DNA of 62,934 nt, the filler included. It is 6 parts of 6 records of this genome, joined end to end, with 100 filler letters (N's around TTAATTAATTAA, not from the genome) between each part and the next. Parts side by side here need not be neighbours in the genome. Positions count along the whole stretch, not along the records: positions 28,248 to 51,638 come from SRR31156797_10900; positions 51,739 to 57,695 come from SRR31156797_10932; 4 more parts are not named here. One strand, written 5' to 3'. Positions 42,900 through 53,591 of the stretch are shown here, in pieces (within the stretch, counting starts at the first letter, position 1; each line of letters begins with the position of its first letter). Under the pieces are notes generated by a model. It was not told where the DNA came from. It made no database searches and saw only the letters and a program-made list of their open reading frames with translations. Position numbers and translations under genes: made by a program.

Positions 42900-42911
42900 T
42901 GAAACGTTTCA
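42900..42911. promoter_or_regulatory. LacI-type operator
   Basis: TGAAACGTTTCA upstream of the porin gene. Confidence 0.75.
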
Positions 42912-42964
42912 AATTTATTATTTATTATTAACATTTTGCAATAAAAACTAAGGAGGAGTAATTT

Positions 42965-43852
42965 ATGAAATTCAAGAAATTAGCATTAACATTAGCAGCA
43001 TTAGGATTAATTGCTGGAACAACAACTTATGCAGCTGAGAACATTACAGGAGATGTTACTTTTGGTACTGAAATGGAATCATGGCAAAGTGATGGAGAGG
43101 ACGCAGATGAGTGGAGATATGCACCATTTGTAGCCGGTGGATTTAACTTCTCAGAAAACTTCAGATTAGGATACACAATGAAGCAACACTTCAGAGAAAA
43201 TGAAGATGGAGCAAGTGAAAGAAGAAGCATTATGGAATTATATCCAAAGTTTTCTCATAAAATCGGTGACGGTTGGTTTGGTGCAGAGGTTCAATTCAAA
43301 GAAGAAGTAGATGCATGGAAAAATAGAAAAACAATGGGATTCAAACCATCATACTGGTATCCATTAGCAGATAACTTAGGATGGTACTCAGAAATTATGT
43401 TTGGTAACGAACCTAACTATGAGTTCGGTAACAATGCAGGAGACGGTTCAGAAATGTTCGAAGTAGCTTATACGGAATATTTCACAGAGTTTACTTACAC
43501 TTATGATTCAAACTGGATGTTCCAAGTTGCAGGTAAATTCAAAACATTTGAAGAAAACCTAACTGATGGAGAGCTTGCGAAAGACGGAACAGAAGTTTAC
43601 TTATTCCCTAAAGTTCAATATAACTTAGGTGGTAATAACGGTAACGTATTCTACAGAATGGAAATCGGAAAATATGAAAACTCTGATGATTATGAAGAAA
43701 CTAAAATCAGATACCAAGCTGGTCACTGGAGACCAATTAAAGACAACTTATCTATGTCAGTTGAAGCTTTCTTAGAAGATAAATATGATAAAGATGGCGA
43801 CAAAATGGGAACAAATAGATTCTTAGCAGCAAAATTACACCACAATTTCTAA
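42965..43852 (+). CDS. Probable outer-membrane beta-barrel sugar porin (OmpG/KdgM-like)
   Basis: Signal peptide, alternating aromatic beta-strands, C-terminal Phe, about 270 aa mature. Confidence 0.65.
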   Translation: MKFKKLALTLAALGLIAGTTTYAAENITGDVTFGTEMESWQSDGEDADEWRYAPFVAGGFNFSENFRLGYTMKQHFRENEDGASERRSIMELYPKFSHKIGDGWFGAEVQFKEEVDAWKNRKTMGFKPSYWYPLADNLGWYSEIMFGNEPNYEFGNNAGDGSEMFEVAYTEYFTEFTYTYDSNWMFQVAGKFKTFEENLTDGELAKDGTEVYLFPKVQYNLGGNNGNVFYRMEIGKYENSDDYEETKIRYQAGHWRPIKDNLSMSVEAFLEDKYDKDGDKMGTNRFLAAKLHHNF

Positions 43853-43931
43853 ACTTTAATTTTATGACCCATTAAATTAAACAAATTTTAAAATCACAAA
43901 CATACAGCCTACCATTTATAACTCAACCTAA

Positions 43932-44501
43932 AGCTGGTCGAAAAGCCTCAACTTTTCGACTGGCTAAGGGAAGAGCTAGTATTACTAAAAATATTTAGTA
44001 AGAAGATAATAAATTATATTTTTATTAAATATTTTTAGTTGGTGCCGGGAAGCTATTCACTCCACTGAAGGCATTTTACCCACCTGGTACCAGCTCAAAA
44101 TATTAAAAAGAGAGAATTTATCTCCTCAAGATAATTAGATGAAACCATCTATTAATTCTCTCGAACATCATCACGTTATGCATCGCATAACATTCTCTAA
44201 AGTTGGCAGACTATTTTTTCATATAACATAATTATTTGATTATTACTAGAATCAAAACTTTTAACTAAATTATTCGTAATAATAATATTTGTTATAGAAC
44301 CTCTTTTAGTCTTTTTAATAGTCTGTCAGCTAGTCTTAAACGCTCTATGGTATCAAAGTAATTAAAAATAGTTAGATTAAAAATCAAATTTATAAAAGCC
44401 CTCTAGGTTTTTTAATATACATATATGCCTGGCATTGCATATAAGTGTAATTTTACCAAATTGCATGATTTGAGTGAGGTTGTTTGGTTAGCAACCTCAC
44501 T
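43932..44501 (+). ncRNA. Highly structured intergenic RNA region of unknown class
   Basis: At least 7 stems with mismatches resolved as G-U on the + strand; no ORF in the track. Confidence 0.5.
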
Positions 44502-44561
44502 GCCAAAATAATAATTTAAAAAAATAAAATTATCAATAACACATAAAGGAGTGAAGAACAA

Positions 44562-46949
44562 ATGTCTATGAAGTATGACTCGGGTAAAGGGCTATATGAA
44601 AATTGGATAGTAGAAGAAACACAATTTAACCCTGAATTTTTAGGGAAAGGTGAAGTTGTAATGGCCTTAGGAAATGGATACATGGGGCTTAGAAATGCAA
44701 CTGAAGAGAAGTATCAAGATGAAATAAGAAATCTATTTGTATCAGGAACTTTTAACAAATTTGATGAATTTGAAGTAACGGAACTTCCTAATGCAGCAGA
44801 TGTAACAGAACTGGATATTAGAATCAACGGAGAGAAATTCTCATTATTAGATGGGGAAATCAAAAAATACTCTAGAAAATTAAACTTAAAAGATGGAGAA
44901 GCAACAAGAGAAGTGATCTGGGCAAACTCAAAAGGTGGAGAGTTTGGATTAAAATTCAGAAGATTTATCTCATTAGATAATTTACATCTTATAGGAATGA
45001 GAATCGATATAACTCCATTAAGCGGAGATGCTGAAATATCGATTGCATCTGGTATCAATGCACAGGTGACTAACTCTGGAGCTCAACACTTCCATGAAGG
45101 TGAAAAGAGATTCTATGACAAGAAGTATATAGAATTGATTCAAACAACAACTGAATCAAAAATTGATTTTGTATTTAATTCAACACATCATATCTATATA
45201 GATGGGCTTAAAAAAGAGATCGCTCCAACTATGCTAATGGATAGAAGAAAAATCTTCGAGAAAAAATCAGTAAATCTTACAAAAGGAGAAACACTGGAGT
45301 TTGAAAAACTAAATTTAATTTATACAAGCAGAGATTTAGAATTTAGTTCAAAAGATGCCAATTATGATGGGAAATTCTCAAGTGAAGAGTTAAGAGCAGA
45401 AGTTTTGCAGGAAGTAAGAGATACAGCACTTACAACAATTAAATCATATGATGAAGTAAGATATGATGATTTATTAGCAAAATCATCTCTTAAATGGGCA
45501 GATAAATGGGCTGAGTATGATATTGAGATCAAATCTGAAAATTCATATGATCAATTAGCTATTAGATTTGCACATTATCATTTAGTAGTAATGACTCCTG
45601 CACATGATGCAAGATACGGTATCGGAGCTAAAGGCTTATCAGGAGAAGGGTATAAGGGACATTCATTCTGGGATACTGAGATATTCTTATTACCGTTTTA
45701 CTCATACACAGATCCTGCAACAGCTAGAAAACTATTAGAGTACAGATATAACACTATTGGTGGTGCCAGACAAAAAGCTATCGATAACGGATATGACGGA
45801 GCTATGTATCCATGGGAATCTGCATGGATGAATGATGGAGAGGTAACTCCGGTATGGGGAGCTGTAGATATTATAAGTGGAGAAGCAACTAAAATCTGGT
45901 CTGGATTTATCGAACAGCACATTACTTGTGATATAGCATATGCAACATGGCAATACTACATGATCACTCAAGACGAAGATTTCATGGAAAAATATGGGTA
46001 TGAATTATTAATGGATACAGCAAAATTTTGGACTCACAGAATTGAATGGAATGAAGAAAAACAACATTACGGAATCACAAATGTAATAGGACCTGATGAA
46101 TATAAAGAGCATGTGGATAATAATGCATTTACTAATCACATGGCAAAATGGAATATTGATTTAGCAATAGAATACTATGATAGATTAAAATCAAATAAAC
46201 CTGAGTTGTTTGAAAAATTAAACAAACAATTAGATTTAGATGCTACTTTCGAAAAATGGAATGATGTAGTGAATAAGATTTATCTGCCAATGCCGGATGA
46301 AGAGACACTATTAATTGCACAAGATGATACTTATCTTCAAAAAGAGATAATTGATCTGACAAAATATAAAAATCAAACTAAAGTTGGATCATTATTCCAA
46401 GATTATAACTTAGATCAAGTTAATAATATTCAAGTTTCGAAGCAAGCTGACATAATGGTTCTGTTCTATTTACTAGAAAATAAATTCTCAAAAGAAGTTA
46501 AACTAGCTAACTGGAACTACTATGAACCAAAAACACTACATGATTCATCATTAAGTCTATCAACTCACTGTGTATTAGCAAGTGATATAGAAGATAGTGA
46601 GTTAGCATATAACTTATTCGAAAGAGCAGCAAGAATTGATCTGGGGCCAAAAATGACTACATCTGATCACGGTATACATGCGGCATCACTTGGTGGAATC
46701 TGGCAATCAGTAGTATGCGGATTTGGTGGAGTTAGAATGTTAGATGGTAAATTAAGAATTAATCCAAGATTACCAAAAGAGTGGGAAACGGTAAAATTCC
46801 CGTTAAACTGGGATAACAACAGATTAGAAGTTATCGTTTCAGCAGGAGAATTAAAAGTAACTAATCGAAGTGAAGCTCCAAAAGCATTTGAATTTGAAGT
46901 ATTTGGAACAATTTATACATTAGAAAAAGAATTATCAATAAAATTATAA
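44562..46949 (+). CDS. GH65 glycoside phosphorylase (kojibiose phosphorylase YcjT-like)
   Basis: GNGYMGLR, AKGLSGEGYKGHSFWDTE, GPDEY, KQAD, HDSSLS. Confidence 0.92.
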   Translation: MSMKYDSGKGLYENWIVEETQFNPEFLGKGEVVMALGNGYMGLRNATEEKYQDEIRNLFVSGTFNKFDEFEVTELPNAADVTELDIRINGEKFSLLDGEIKKYSRKLNLKDGEATREVIWANSKGGEFGLKFRRFISLDNLHLIGMRIDITPLSGDAEISIASGINAQVTNSGAQHFHEGEKRFYDKKYIELIQTTTESKIDFVFNSTHHIYIDGLKKEIAPTMLMDRRKIFEKKSVNLTKGETLEFEKLNLIYTSRDLEFSSKDANYDGKFSSEELRAEVLQEVRDTALTTIKSYDEVRYDDLLAKSSLKWADKWAEYDIEIKSENSYDQLAIRFAHYHLVVMTPAHDARYGIGAKGLSGEGYKGHSFWDTEIFLLPFYSYTDPATARKLLEYRYNTIGGARQKAIDNGYDGAMYPWESAWMNDGEVTPVWGAVDIISGEATKIWSGFIEQHITCDIAYATWQYYMITQDEDFMEKYGYELLMDTAKFWTHRIEWNEEKQHYGITNVIGPDEYKEHVDNNAFTNHMAKWNIDLAIEYYDRLKSNKPELFEKLNKQLDLDATFEKWNDVVNKIYLPMPDEETLLIAQDDTYLQKEIIDLTKYKNQTKVGSLFQDYNLDQVNNIQVSKQADIMVLFYLLENKFSKEVKLANWNYYEPKTLHDSSLSLSTHCVLASDIEDSELAYNLFERAARIDLGPKMTTSDHGIHAASLGGIWQSVVCGFGGVRMLDGKLRINPRLPKEWETVKFPLNWDNNRLEVIVSAGELKVTNRSEAPKAFEFEVFGTIYTLEKELSIKL

Positions 46950-47012
46950 TTTATATCTTATTATAATAAAACCTCACTATATGATATGTGCCAATATCAT
47001 AAAAAGTCCTAT

Positions 47013-47047
47013 AGCAGTAAGTCAGGGTCGCCAGCTGACTTACTGCT
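47013..47047 (+). other. Perfect 13-bp intercistronic hairpin without U-tract
   Basis: AGCAGTAAGTCAG/CTGACTTACTGCT. Confidence 0.65.
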
Positions 47048-47079
47048 GATCCAAAAAAATATTAAGGAGAGTAATAATT

Positions 47080-47718
47080 ATGGAAATTAAAGCATTTATA
47101 TTTGATTTAGACGGAGTAATAACTGATACAGCGGAACTTCATTACCAAGCTTGGAAAAAAATGACTGATGAAGAAAGTTATGAATTTGATAGAGAGATAA
47201 ACGAACAGTTAAGAGGAGTATCAAGGAGAGCATCACTAGAAATTATCTTAAATGGTACTGTTATCTCAGAAGAGAAAATGGAAGAATTAATGACAAGAAA
47301 GAATAATTATTATAAGGAATTATTAAATACTATTACTGAAAAAGATATTCTACCGGGAGTTACTGATTTATTGACTAATCTTAGAGATAGAGGAATCAAA
47401 ATAGCACTTGCATCAGCGAGTAAAAATGCGGTACCTATACTAACAAAATTAGGAATTTTAGATATGTTTGATGCCATTGGTGATGGAAACAGCGTACTTA
47501 GAGCTAAGCCACAACCGGATGTATTCATTCATGCTGCGGGGCAACTTAAAATTCCTGTTGAAAATTGTTTGGTTGTAGAAGACGCAGAAGCAGGAGTAAA
47601 AGGTGCTAAAGATTGTCAAATGTTAGCAATAGGAATTGGTCCATTAGAAAGAGTAGGAGCTGCAGATTTCATATACGCAGAGCCGGGGAACATTGAACTA
47701 GAAAAAGTACTAGCTTAG
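47080..47718 (+). CDS. pgmB: Beta-phosphoglucomutase
   Basis: FDLDGVITDTA, H..AW, GVSR, SASKN, KPQPD, EDA. Confidence 0.93.
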   Translation: MEIKAFIFDLDGVITDTAELHYQAWKKMTDEESYEFDREINEQLRGVSRRASLEIILNGTVISEEKMEELMTRKNNYYKELLNTITEKDILPGVTDLLTNLRDRGIKIALASASKNAVPILTKLGILDMFDAIGDGNSVLRAKPQPDVFIHAAGQLKIPVENCLVVEDAEAGVKGAKDCQMLAIGIGPLERVGAADFIYAEPGNIELEKVLA

Positions 47719-47736
47719 TTTTTCATTAAACTTACA

Positions 47737-47772
47737 GGGCGGCTTAGGGGACTTTCCTTTAACCGCCTTTTT
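47737..47772 (+). terminator. Intrinsic terminator after pgmB
   Basis: GGGCGG...CCGCC followed by TTTTT. Confidence 0.7.
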
Positions 47773-47837
47773 AATTTAAAAAAACACTAGTTATTTGAAT
47801 AAAATTAGTATATTAAAGATAAAATCAGGAGTTTAAT

Positions 47838-49268
47838 ATGAGAAAAAATATAGACAAGTACAGGCCAAAATTACATTATTCAGTAAAAAAAGGCTGGTTA
47901 AATGATCCTAATGGATTAGTATATTTAGACGGTAAATTTCATATGTTTTATCAGCACTATCCATATACCAAAAACTGGGGACCAATGCATTGGGGTCATA
48001 CTATAAGTACTGATCTATTTAATTGGGAAGATCAGGAGATAGCACTTTATCCAGATCAAGTTGGAACATGTTTTTCTGGAAGTGCTGTAGTAGATAGAAA
48101 AAATACGTCAGGATTATTTGATGATAATAAAGGTTTAGTTGCTATGTATACCAGCGCAAAATTACCATTTACTCACGGAGGAGTAAATAACCAAAGTCAA
48201 AGTATCGCATATAGCAAAGACGAAGGGAAAAGCTGGGAAAAGTATAAAGGAAATCCTGTTATTGAAAATTGTGGTGTAGAAGATTTTAGAGATCCAAAAG
48301 TTATTTGGTATGAAGCTGAGGGAAAATGGATAATGATTATCGCCGTACAGCACACTATCTATTTTTATGAGAGTATAAATCTATTGGATTGGGAAAAAAT
48401 AAGTGAATTTGGTGAGAATTTAGCTGTACACGAAGGTGTATGGGAATGCCCGGATTTGATTAAATTTGACGTTGAAGGAAAAGAAGTTTGGTTATTAAAA
48501 GTAAGTGTGCAGGGAGGAAATCCTTCTGGTGGAACCGGGGAATTCTATTTTACAGGAATTTTTAATGGTAAAGAATTTATAGAGTTCAAAACTAACAACT
48601 ATAAATGGATTGACAGTGGAAGAGATATTTATGCATCACAAAGCTGGTTTAATACAGGAGACAGAAAGCTATTATTAGGATGGATGACTAATTTAAAATA
48701 TGCAGATATTTTGCCAATGGGAGATGACTGGCGAGGGATAATGAATATCCCAAGGGAATTAAATTTAATTAATACAAATAATGAGTATATTCTGATACAA
48801 GAACCGGTTAAGGAGATAGAGAAACTAAGAAAAGATAAGAGCAAATTTACTAATATTGAAATTTTAGGTTTTAAAGAGTTTGAATTGATAGGGGAAACTT
48901 GTGAGATAGTTATTGATTTTGAATTATTAGGAGATAGCAAAGAACTAAATTTTAAACTTCTTAATTCATTACTTGAATATGCAGAACTAAATTTTGATAT
49001 TAAAAGGGAAAAGGGGCAATTTAGAAGAGACAAAGCAAATTTTGAAAAAATTGAAAAGCAGTTTAATTTAATCCAAAATTTTGACTATAAATTAAAGAAA
49101 GAGAATCAAATTAGAATTATTCTGGATAGATGTTGCTTGGAAATTTATATTAACGGAGGTGAAAAGCTTGTCTCTAATCTTATTTTTCCTACGGAAATTT
49201 TTTCAAAACTAATAATTGAAGTAAAGGGCAAAATTAAAATTAATAGATTGAATATGTATAAGTATTAG
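47838..49268 (+). CDS. GH32 beta-fructofuranosidase/levanase, cytoplasmic
   Basis: WLNDPNG, FSGS, RDP, WECP. Confidence 0.93.
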   Translation: MRKNIDKYRPKLHYSVKKGWLNDPNGLVYLDGKFHMFYQHYPYTKNWGPMHWGHTISTDLFNWEDQEIALYPDQVGTCFSGSAVVDRKNTSGLFDDNKGLVAMYTSAKLPFTHGGVNNQSQSIAYSKDEGKSWEKYKGNPVIENCGVEDFRDPKVIWYEAEGKWIMIIAVQHTIYFYESINLLDWEKISEFGENLAVHEGVWECPDLIKFDVEGKEVWLLKVSVQGGNPSGGTGEFYFTGIFNGKEFIEFKTNNYKWIDSGRDIYASQSWFNTGDRKLLLGWMTNLKYADILPMGDDWRGIMNIPRELNLINTNNEYILIQEPVKEIEKLRKDKSKFTNIEILGFKEFELIGETCEIVIDFELLGDSKELNFKLLNSLLEYAELNFDIKREKGQFRRDKANFEKIEKQFNLIQNFDYKLKKENQIRIILDRCCLEIYINGGEKLVSNLIFPTEIFSKLIIEVKGKIKINRLNMYKY

Positions 49269-49295
49269 TTTGTTTAGTTAGATGAGGTGAGTTAA

Positions 49296-50141
49296 ATGAA
49301 AAGAGTTTTAGTAATTATAGTAATGATAATCTTTATTATAAAATCATATGGGGATGAAATTGTTATTTACCCTAATTATAACGGTTTGGGTGATAAAAGT
49401 TATGCTTTTCAGGTTTTGAAATTGGCATTAAGTAAAGCTGATGAAGAATACACGGTAATTCAGAGTAATGATATTGTGAATCATGAAAGAGCATTTGACT
49501 TTCTAGATAGAGGAAGATTTTCAGTTGTAGATTCCGGAATTGGAGAAAGCCTGGAGAAAAAAGCCGATGCTGTATATATTCCCATTGATAGAGGCTTACT
49601 AGGGTATAGATTATTTATTATAAATAAAGATAAAATATCTAAATTTGAAAAGATTAACTCACTTGATGATTTACGAAAACTCACAGCCGGTCAACAAAAT
49701 GGTTGGGAGGATATCAGGGTATTAAACGGTTCTGATATCAATGTAGAAGAAACAGTAAGTATAGAGAGTTTAATGAAAATGATTAATAAAAAAAGGTATG
49801 ATTTTTTGCCATTAGGTATTGATGAAATACATGGTTTTTATGATGAATACTCTAAAAAATTAACTAATACAACTATAGAAAAAACAATAGTTTTAATTTA
49901 TCCTTTCGGAAGATTCTTTTATGTAAAAAAAGGAAATGAAAAACTAAAGCATGCTATTCAACAGGGGTTAGAGAGAGCATTTACAGATGGGAGTTTTCAG
50001 AAATTATTTGAATCACATCCGTTTATCAAAGAGGGACTTGCAATAGCTAACATAGATAAAAGGAAGTCAATTTATTTGAAAAATTATGGTCTGTCAGAGG
50101 AATTTATGAAAATTGAATCAAAATGGTGGTATAAATTTTAG
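49296..50141 (+). CDS. Periplasmic binding-fold protein (SBP family 3-like)
   Basis: Signal peptide; PIDRGLLGYR, GW.D..VL, RYD, GLE.A..DGSF. Confidence 0.65.
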   Translation: MKRVLVIIVMIIFIIKSYGDEIVIYPNYNGLGDKSYAFQVLKLALSKADEEYTVIQSNDIVNHERAFDFLDRGRFSVVDSGIGESLEKKADAVYIPIDRGLLGYRLFIINKDKISKFEKINSLDDLRKLTAGQQNGWEDIRVLNGSDINVEETVSIESLMKMINKKRYDFLPLGIDEIHGFYDEYSKKLTNTTIEKTIVLIYPFGRFFYVKKGNEKLKHAIQQGLERAFTDGSFQKLFESHPFIKEGLAIANIDKRKSIYLKNYGLSEEFMKIESKWWYKF

Positions 50142-50252
50142 AGCTTAAATAATTATTATATTATTATTGTTGGAAAATGGAGGCTTTGTAGTATATCTAA
50201 AGTCAGGTTATCTATATTCGTTAGTATAACTGGACTTATATTATTAAAGGAA

Positions 50253-51638
50253 GTGATAAAGATGAGATTAACAAAGAAGTTATCATTTGGTTTTACCCTG
50301 ATTATTATTTCACTATTAAGTTTATTAATAATATTTAATAATTCAAGTAAATCATTTACAGTTAAAACTAATGAGGTTAAAGAGATGGCTGAAAAAATCA
50401 GTCTTAATAATTCACAAACAGTATTGGTACAATCAGCACAAAATTTATTATCAGATCAATTTATGAAAAGTTTAAGTTTAGCATATACAACTACGTCAAC
50501 TTTTGAGCTTAGAAAAAGTATTGATAAGGCAAAACAAGGCTTAGATATATTTAAATTAACTATAGAAAAAACAGAAATTGATGTGGAAGAGATAGTTAGC
50601 TTATCTAATGAGATCAGGAAAGCCGTTGATGAATTTAATACTAAAAAAACATATTTAAACAGACAAAAGAAACAGATAGAAAAAGCATATAAAAATCTAA
50701 AACCAGAAGAAATTGATATAGAAGTTTTCAATAGAAAAATACAAAAACAACTTACTGAGGTTAATGAAATAGAAGCGGAAACTGCAAAACAATTCAAAGC
50801 AATTATTATCAAATATGAAAAAATAATTGTAATGTTAGAACCGTTTCTTAAAGAAACTCAAATGCAAAATACCTTTGCAATAGGAAGTATAAATGACGCT
50901 ACTGATGAAACTTTGAAGCATATTGCAAACTTAAACAAGCAAAATATAATCATAATATCTTTAATAATTGCTGTAATGATTCTATTATCGCTTTCATTAC
51001 TTAAATCAACAAAAGCTCTTCTTGGTAATCTGATAAGCTCTACTAAAAAATTAGAAACTCTTGATCTTAATATTGATGAAGATGGAAAAAAGAATAAAAG
51101 TTATGAGTTAAAGTTGATAAGAAGCTCTTTCATTAAAATGACTGATGCATTTAAATTAACAATTAGAGAAGTTGAGGAAGCTTCTAACGTTCTTCGAGAT
51201 GATGCAGGTAAGATATCAGATACTATACTTAGAAACAGCTCAGCCTCTGAAGAGATATCTGCAAGCATTACACAAATAAAAGGTAGTGTGAATGTCTCGG
51301 TTGATAAACTGAAAAACATGATCACAAAAACAAGTGAAATTGATAATGAGTCAAGAAATATGCTGATAGACTTTGGGACTATTAAAGCTCAAAATGAAAC
51401 AATGCTGAATCAAGCTTTGGAAGAAAAGTCAGTTATTCAAAATGCAACTACCAAAATCAATAACATCAGTAATGAAATAGAAGATAATATAACTGATGTT
51501 GAAAATTTAAAACATTTATCAGTTGAGATTACAGAATTCGTTAATAAAATCTATAGTGTTACTGAACAAACTAATTTACTTGCTTTAAACGCTGCAATCG
51601 AAGCAGCAAGAGCAGGAGAAGCAGGAAAAGGATTTGCA
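50253..51638 (+). CDS. Methyl-accepting chemotaxis protein, 3'-truncated
   Basis: 2 TM; QTNLLALNAAIEAARAGEAGKGFA. Confidence 0.93.
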
Positions 51639-51738
51639 NNNNNNNNNNNNNNNNNNNNNNNNNNNNNNNNNNNNNNNNNNNNTTAATTAATTAANNNNNN
51701 NNNNNNNNNNNNNNNNNNNNNNNNNNNNNNNNNNNNNN
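51639..51738. other. Artificial contig linker
   Basis: N-run/TTAATTAATTAA/N-run. Confidence 0.98.
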
Positions 51739-51820
51739 GAACGTGACGTATGATTATATAAATGATTTGTTTTGTCAATATTAATACTCTGAAAATTCGA
51801 AAAACCGATGATATCTTACC

Positions 51821-52651
51821 CTACTCCTTAACCGCTCCCTGGCTGAAGCCCATGGAGAGCTGCCTTCTGCCGAATATGTACATGATGATCATGGGGGCGG
51901 TCCCTATCATCAGGGCCGCGAACTGGAGACCGTAGTCCCTGGCTCGGCCCGCTGCAAAGCCGTTGATCCCCACCGGCAGGCTGCGGATGGCAATGTCGCT
52001 GGTCAGGGTGAAGACCAGGGCGAATTCATTCCAGTTGGAGAGGAAGGAGAAGATCGTCATCGTCCCTATCACCGGAATGCATTGGGGTAGGATTACCCGT
52101 ATGAATATGGACAGGTAGCCGGCCCCGTCTATAAGAGCCGCTTCCTCCAGGGAGTCCGGAAGATCCAGCATATATGATGTGGCCAGGAAGGTCTGGAAGG
52201 GCAGTCCGAAAGCGATATAGGGGATGATGACCCCCAGGCGGGTATCATCTATATCGAGCCAGCTTTCCAGGAGGTAGAGAGGAACGAGTACGGAATGGAT
52301 GGTGATCAGGAGCCCCAGGGAGATCATGAACAGGAAGACCCGGGAGATCGGGTACCCGAATTTGGCGAAGCCATAGGCTGAGGCCAGGGCGAGAAGCGTT
52401 GTCAAGGGAGTCGCCAGGCCCGTATAGATGATGCTGTTCATAAAGAATATTCCGAGGTTTCCGTTTCTCCATGCCCGGCTGTAGTTCTCCAGGTACAGTT
52501 CCGTCGGAAGTGAAAACACATTGCGCAGTATGGCCTGATGGGGTTTGAATGAGCTCATCATAAGCCATAGCAGGGGGGCTATCGTAAACAGGGTAAAAAG
52601 CCCGATGGTGATATAGGCCAGGGTTTTCCAGGCATATTGGGAAGATGACAT
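51821..52651 (-). CDS. Sugar ABC permease (MalG-like)
   Basis: LEEAALIDGA, WNEF. Confidence 0.92.
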   Translation of the reverse strand: MSSSQYAWKTLAYITIGLFTLFTIAPLLWLMMSSFKPHQAILRNVFSLPTELYLENYSRAWRNGNLGIFFMNSIIYTGLATPLTTLLALASAYGFAKFGYPISRVFLFMISLGLLITIHSVLVPLYLLESWLDIDDTRLGVIIPYIAFGLPFQTFLATSYMLDLPDSLEEAALIDGAGYLSIFIRVILPQCIPVIGTMTIFSFLSNWNEFALVFTLTSDIAIRSLPVGINGFAAGRARDYGLQFAALMIGTAPMIIMYIFGRRQLSMGFSQGAVKE

Positions 52652-52661
52652 AAGTACCTCT

Positions 52662-53549
52662 TTATTCCGGATTGCTGCGTAAGCGTCTGAAGATGAAGTT
52701 CAGCAGGCTGATCAGTCCCAGGCTGAGAAGGACGATGGAGACCGAGACCGCGCTGCCGAAGCCGTATTTGTCGTATTTGAATGTATTCTGATACATATAG
52801 ATGGCGATCACCTCCGTAAAATGGGCCGGACCGCCCCCCGTCATGGCCAGGATAAGATCGAAGGCCTTCAAACTTCCGGATACGGCAAATATGGTGCATG
52901 TAAAGAGAATGTTCGTCATGGCGGGAAGGATGACCTTTCTCAGGATCAGCCCTTCGCTTGCCCCGTCGATCTGCGCGGCTTCCAGCAGGGAGGGGTTAAT
53001 CTTCTGAAGGTTCGCCAGAAATATGACCATATAGGTTCCCGTGTGCATCCAGAGGATGACAAGGAGTATGGGGAAGATGGCCAGTTGCCTGTCCTCAAAG
53101 ATCGAGAACACATAGCGGGGATCGTCTTTCAGGATGCGGAAGATCGCCGTGATCATTCCGGAGGACGAGAACATCTGCGCCCAGAGGACGGCGACGACGA
53201 TGCTGGATATGGTGATGGGCAAAAAGATCATGCTTTCGAAAAATCCATCGCCCCGGACCATCTTCCTGTAGAGGATATAGGCCAGGACGAATCCCAGGGG
53301 GATCTGTCCGAAAACGGAGACGGCCACTATAAGAAGGTTGTTCCTCAGGCCGAAACGATACACATCGTCGCCGATCATACGGATGTAGTTCTGCATTCCG
53401 ACCCATTGGGGAACTCCGAAGCCGTTCCACTGGGTGAAGCTCAGCACGAGGGAGTAGAGTATGGGAAAGATGATGACGCTGGAGTAGATGAGCATCGTAG
53501 GGGAAACCAGCAGCATATAGCTGCCTTTTTTCAATGTTGATTGTTTCAT
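52662..53549 (-). CDS. Sugar ABC permease (MalF-like)
   Basis: LLEAAQIDGA, MTGGGP. Confidence 0.92.
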   Translation of the reverse strand: MKQSTLKKGSYMLLVSPTMLIYSSVIIFPILYSLVLSFTQWNGFGVPQWVGMQNYIRMIGDDVYRFGLRNNLLIVAVSVFGQIPLGFVLAYILYRKMVRGDGFFESMIFLPITISSIVVAVLWAQMFSSSGMITAIFRILKDDPRYVFSIFEDRQLAIFPILLVILWMHTGTYMVIFLANLQKINPSLLEAAQIDGASEGLILRKVILPAMTNILFTCTIFAVSGSLKAFDLILAMTGGGPAHFTEVIAIYMYQNTFKYDKYGFGSAVSVSIVLLSLGLISLLNFIFRRLRSNPE

Positions 53550-53591
53550 GCTGTTCCCCCCGCTTCGTCGCGGGGGGGCCTTCCTTAAAGT

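Noticed and set aside
34232-42911. Repeated 12-bp palindrome as CRISPR, REP or recombination sites
   Set aside because: Dispersed, promoter-proximal, no spacers, no cas or recombinase gene; fits an operator
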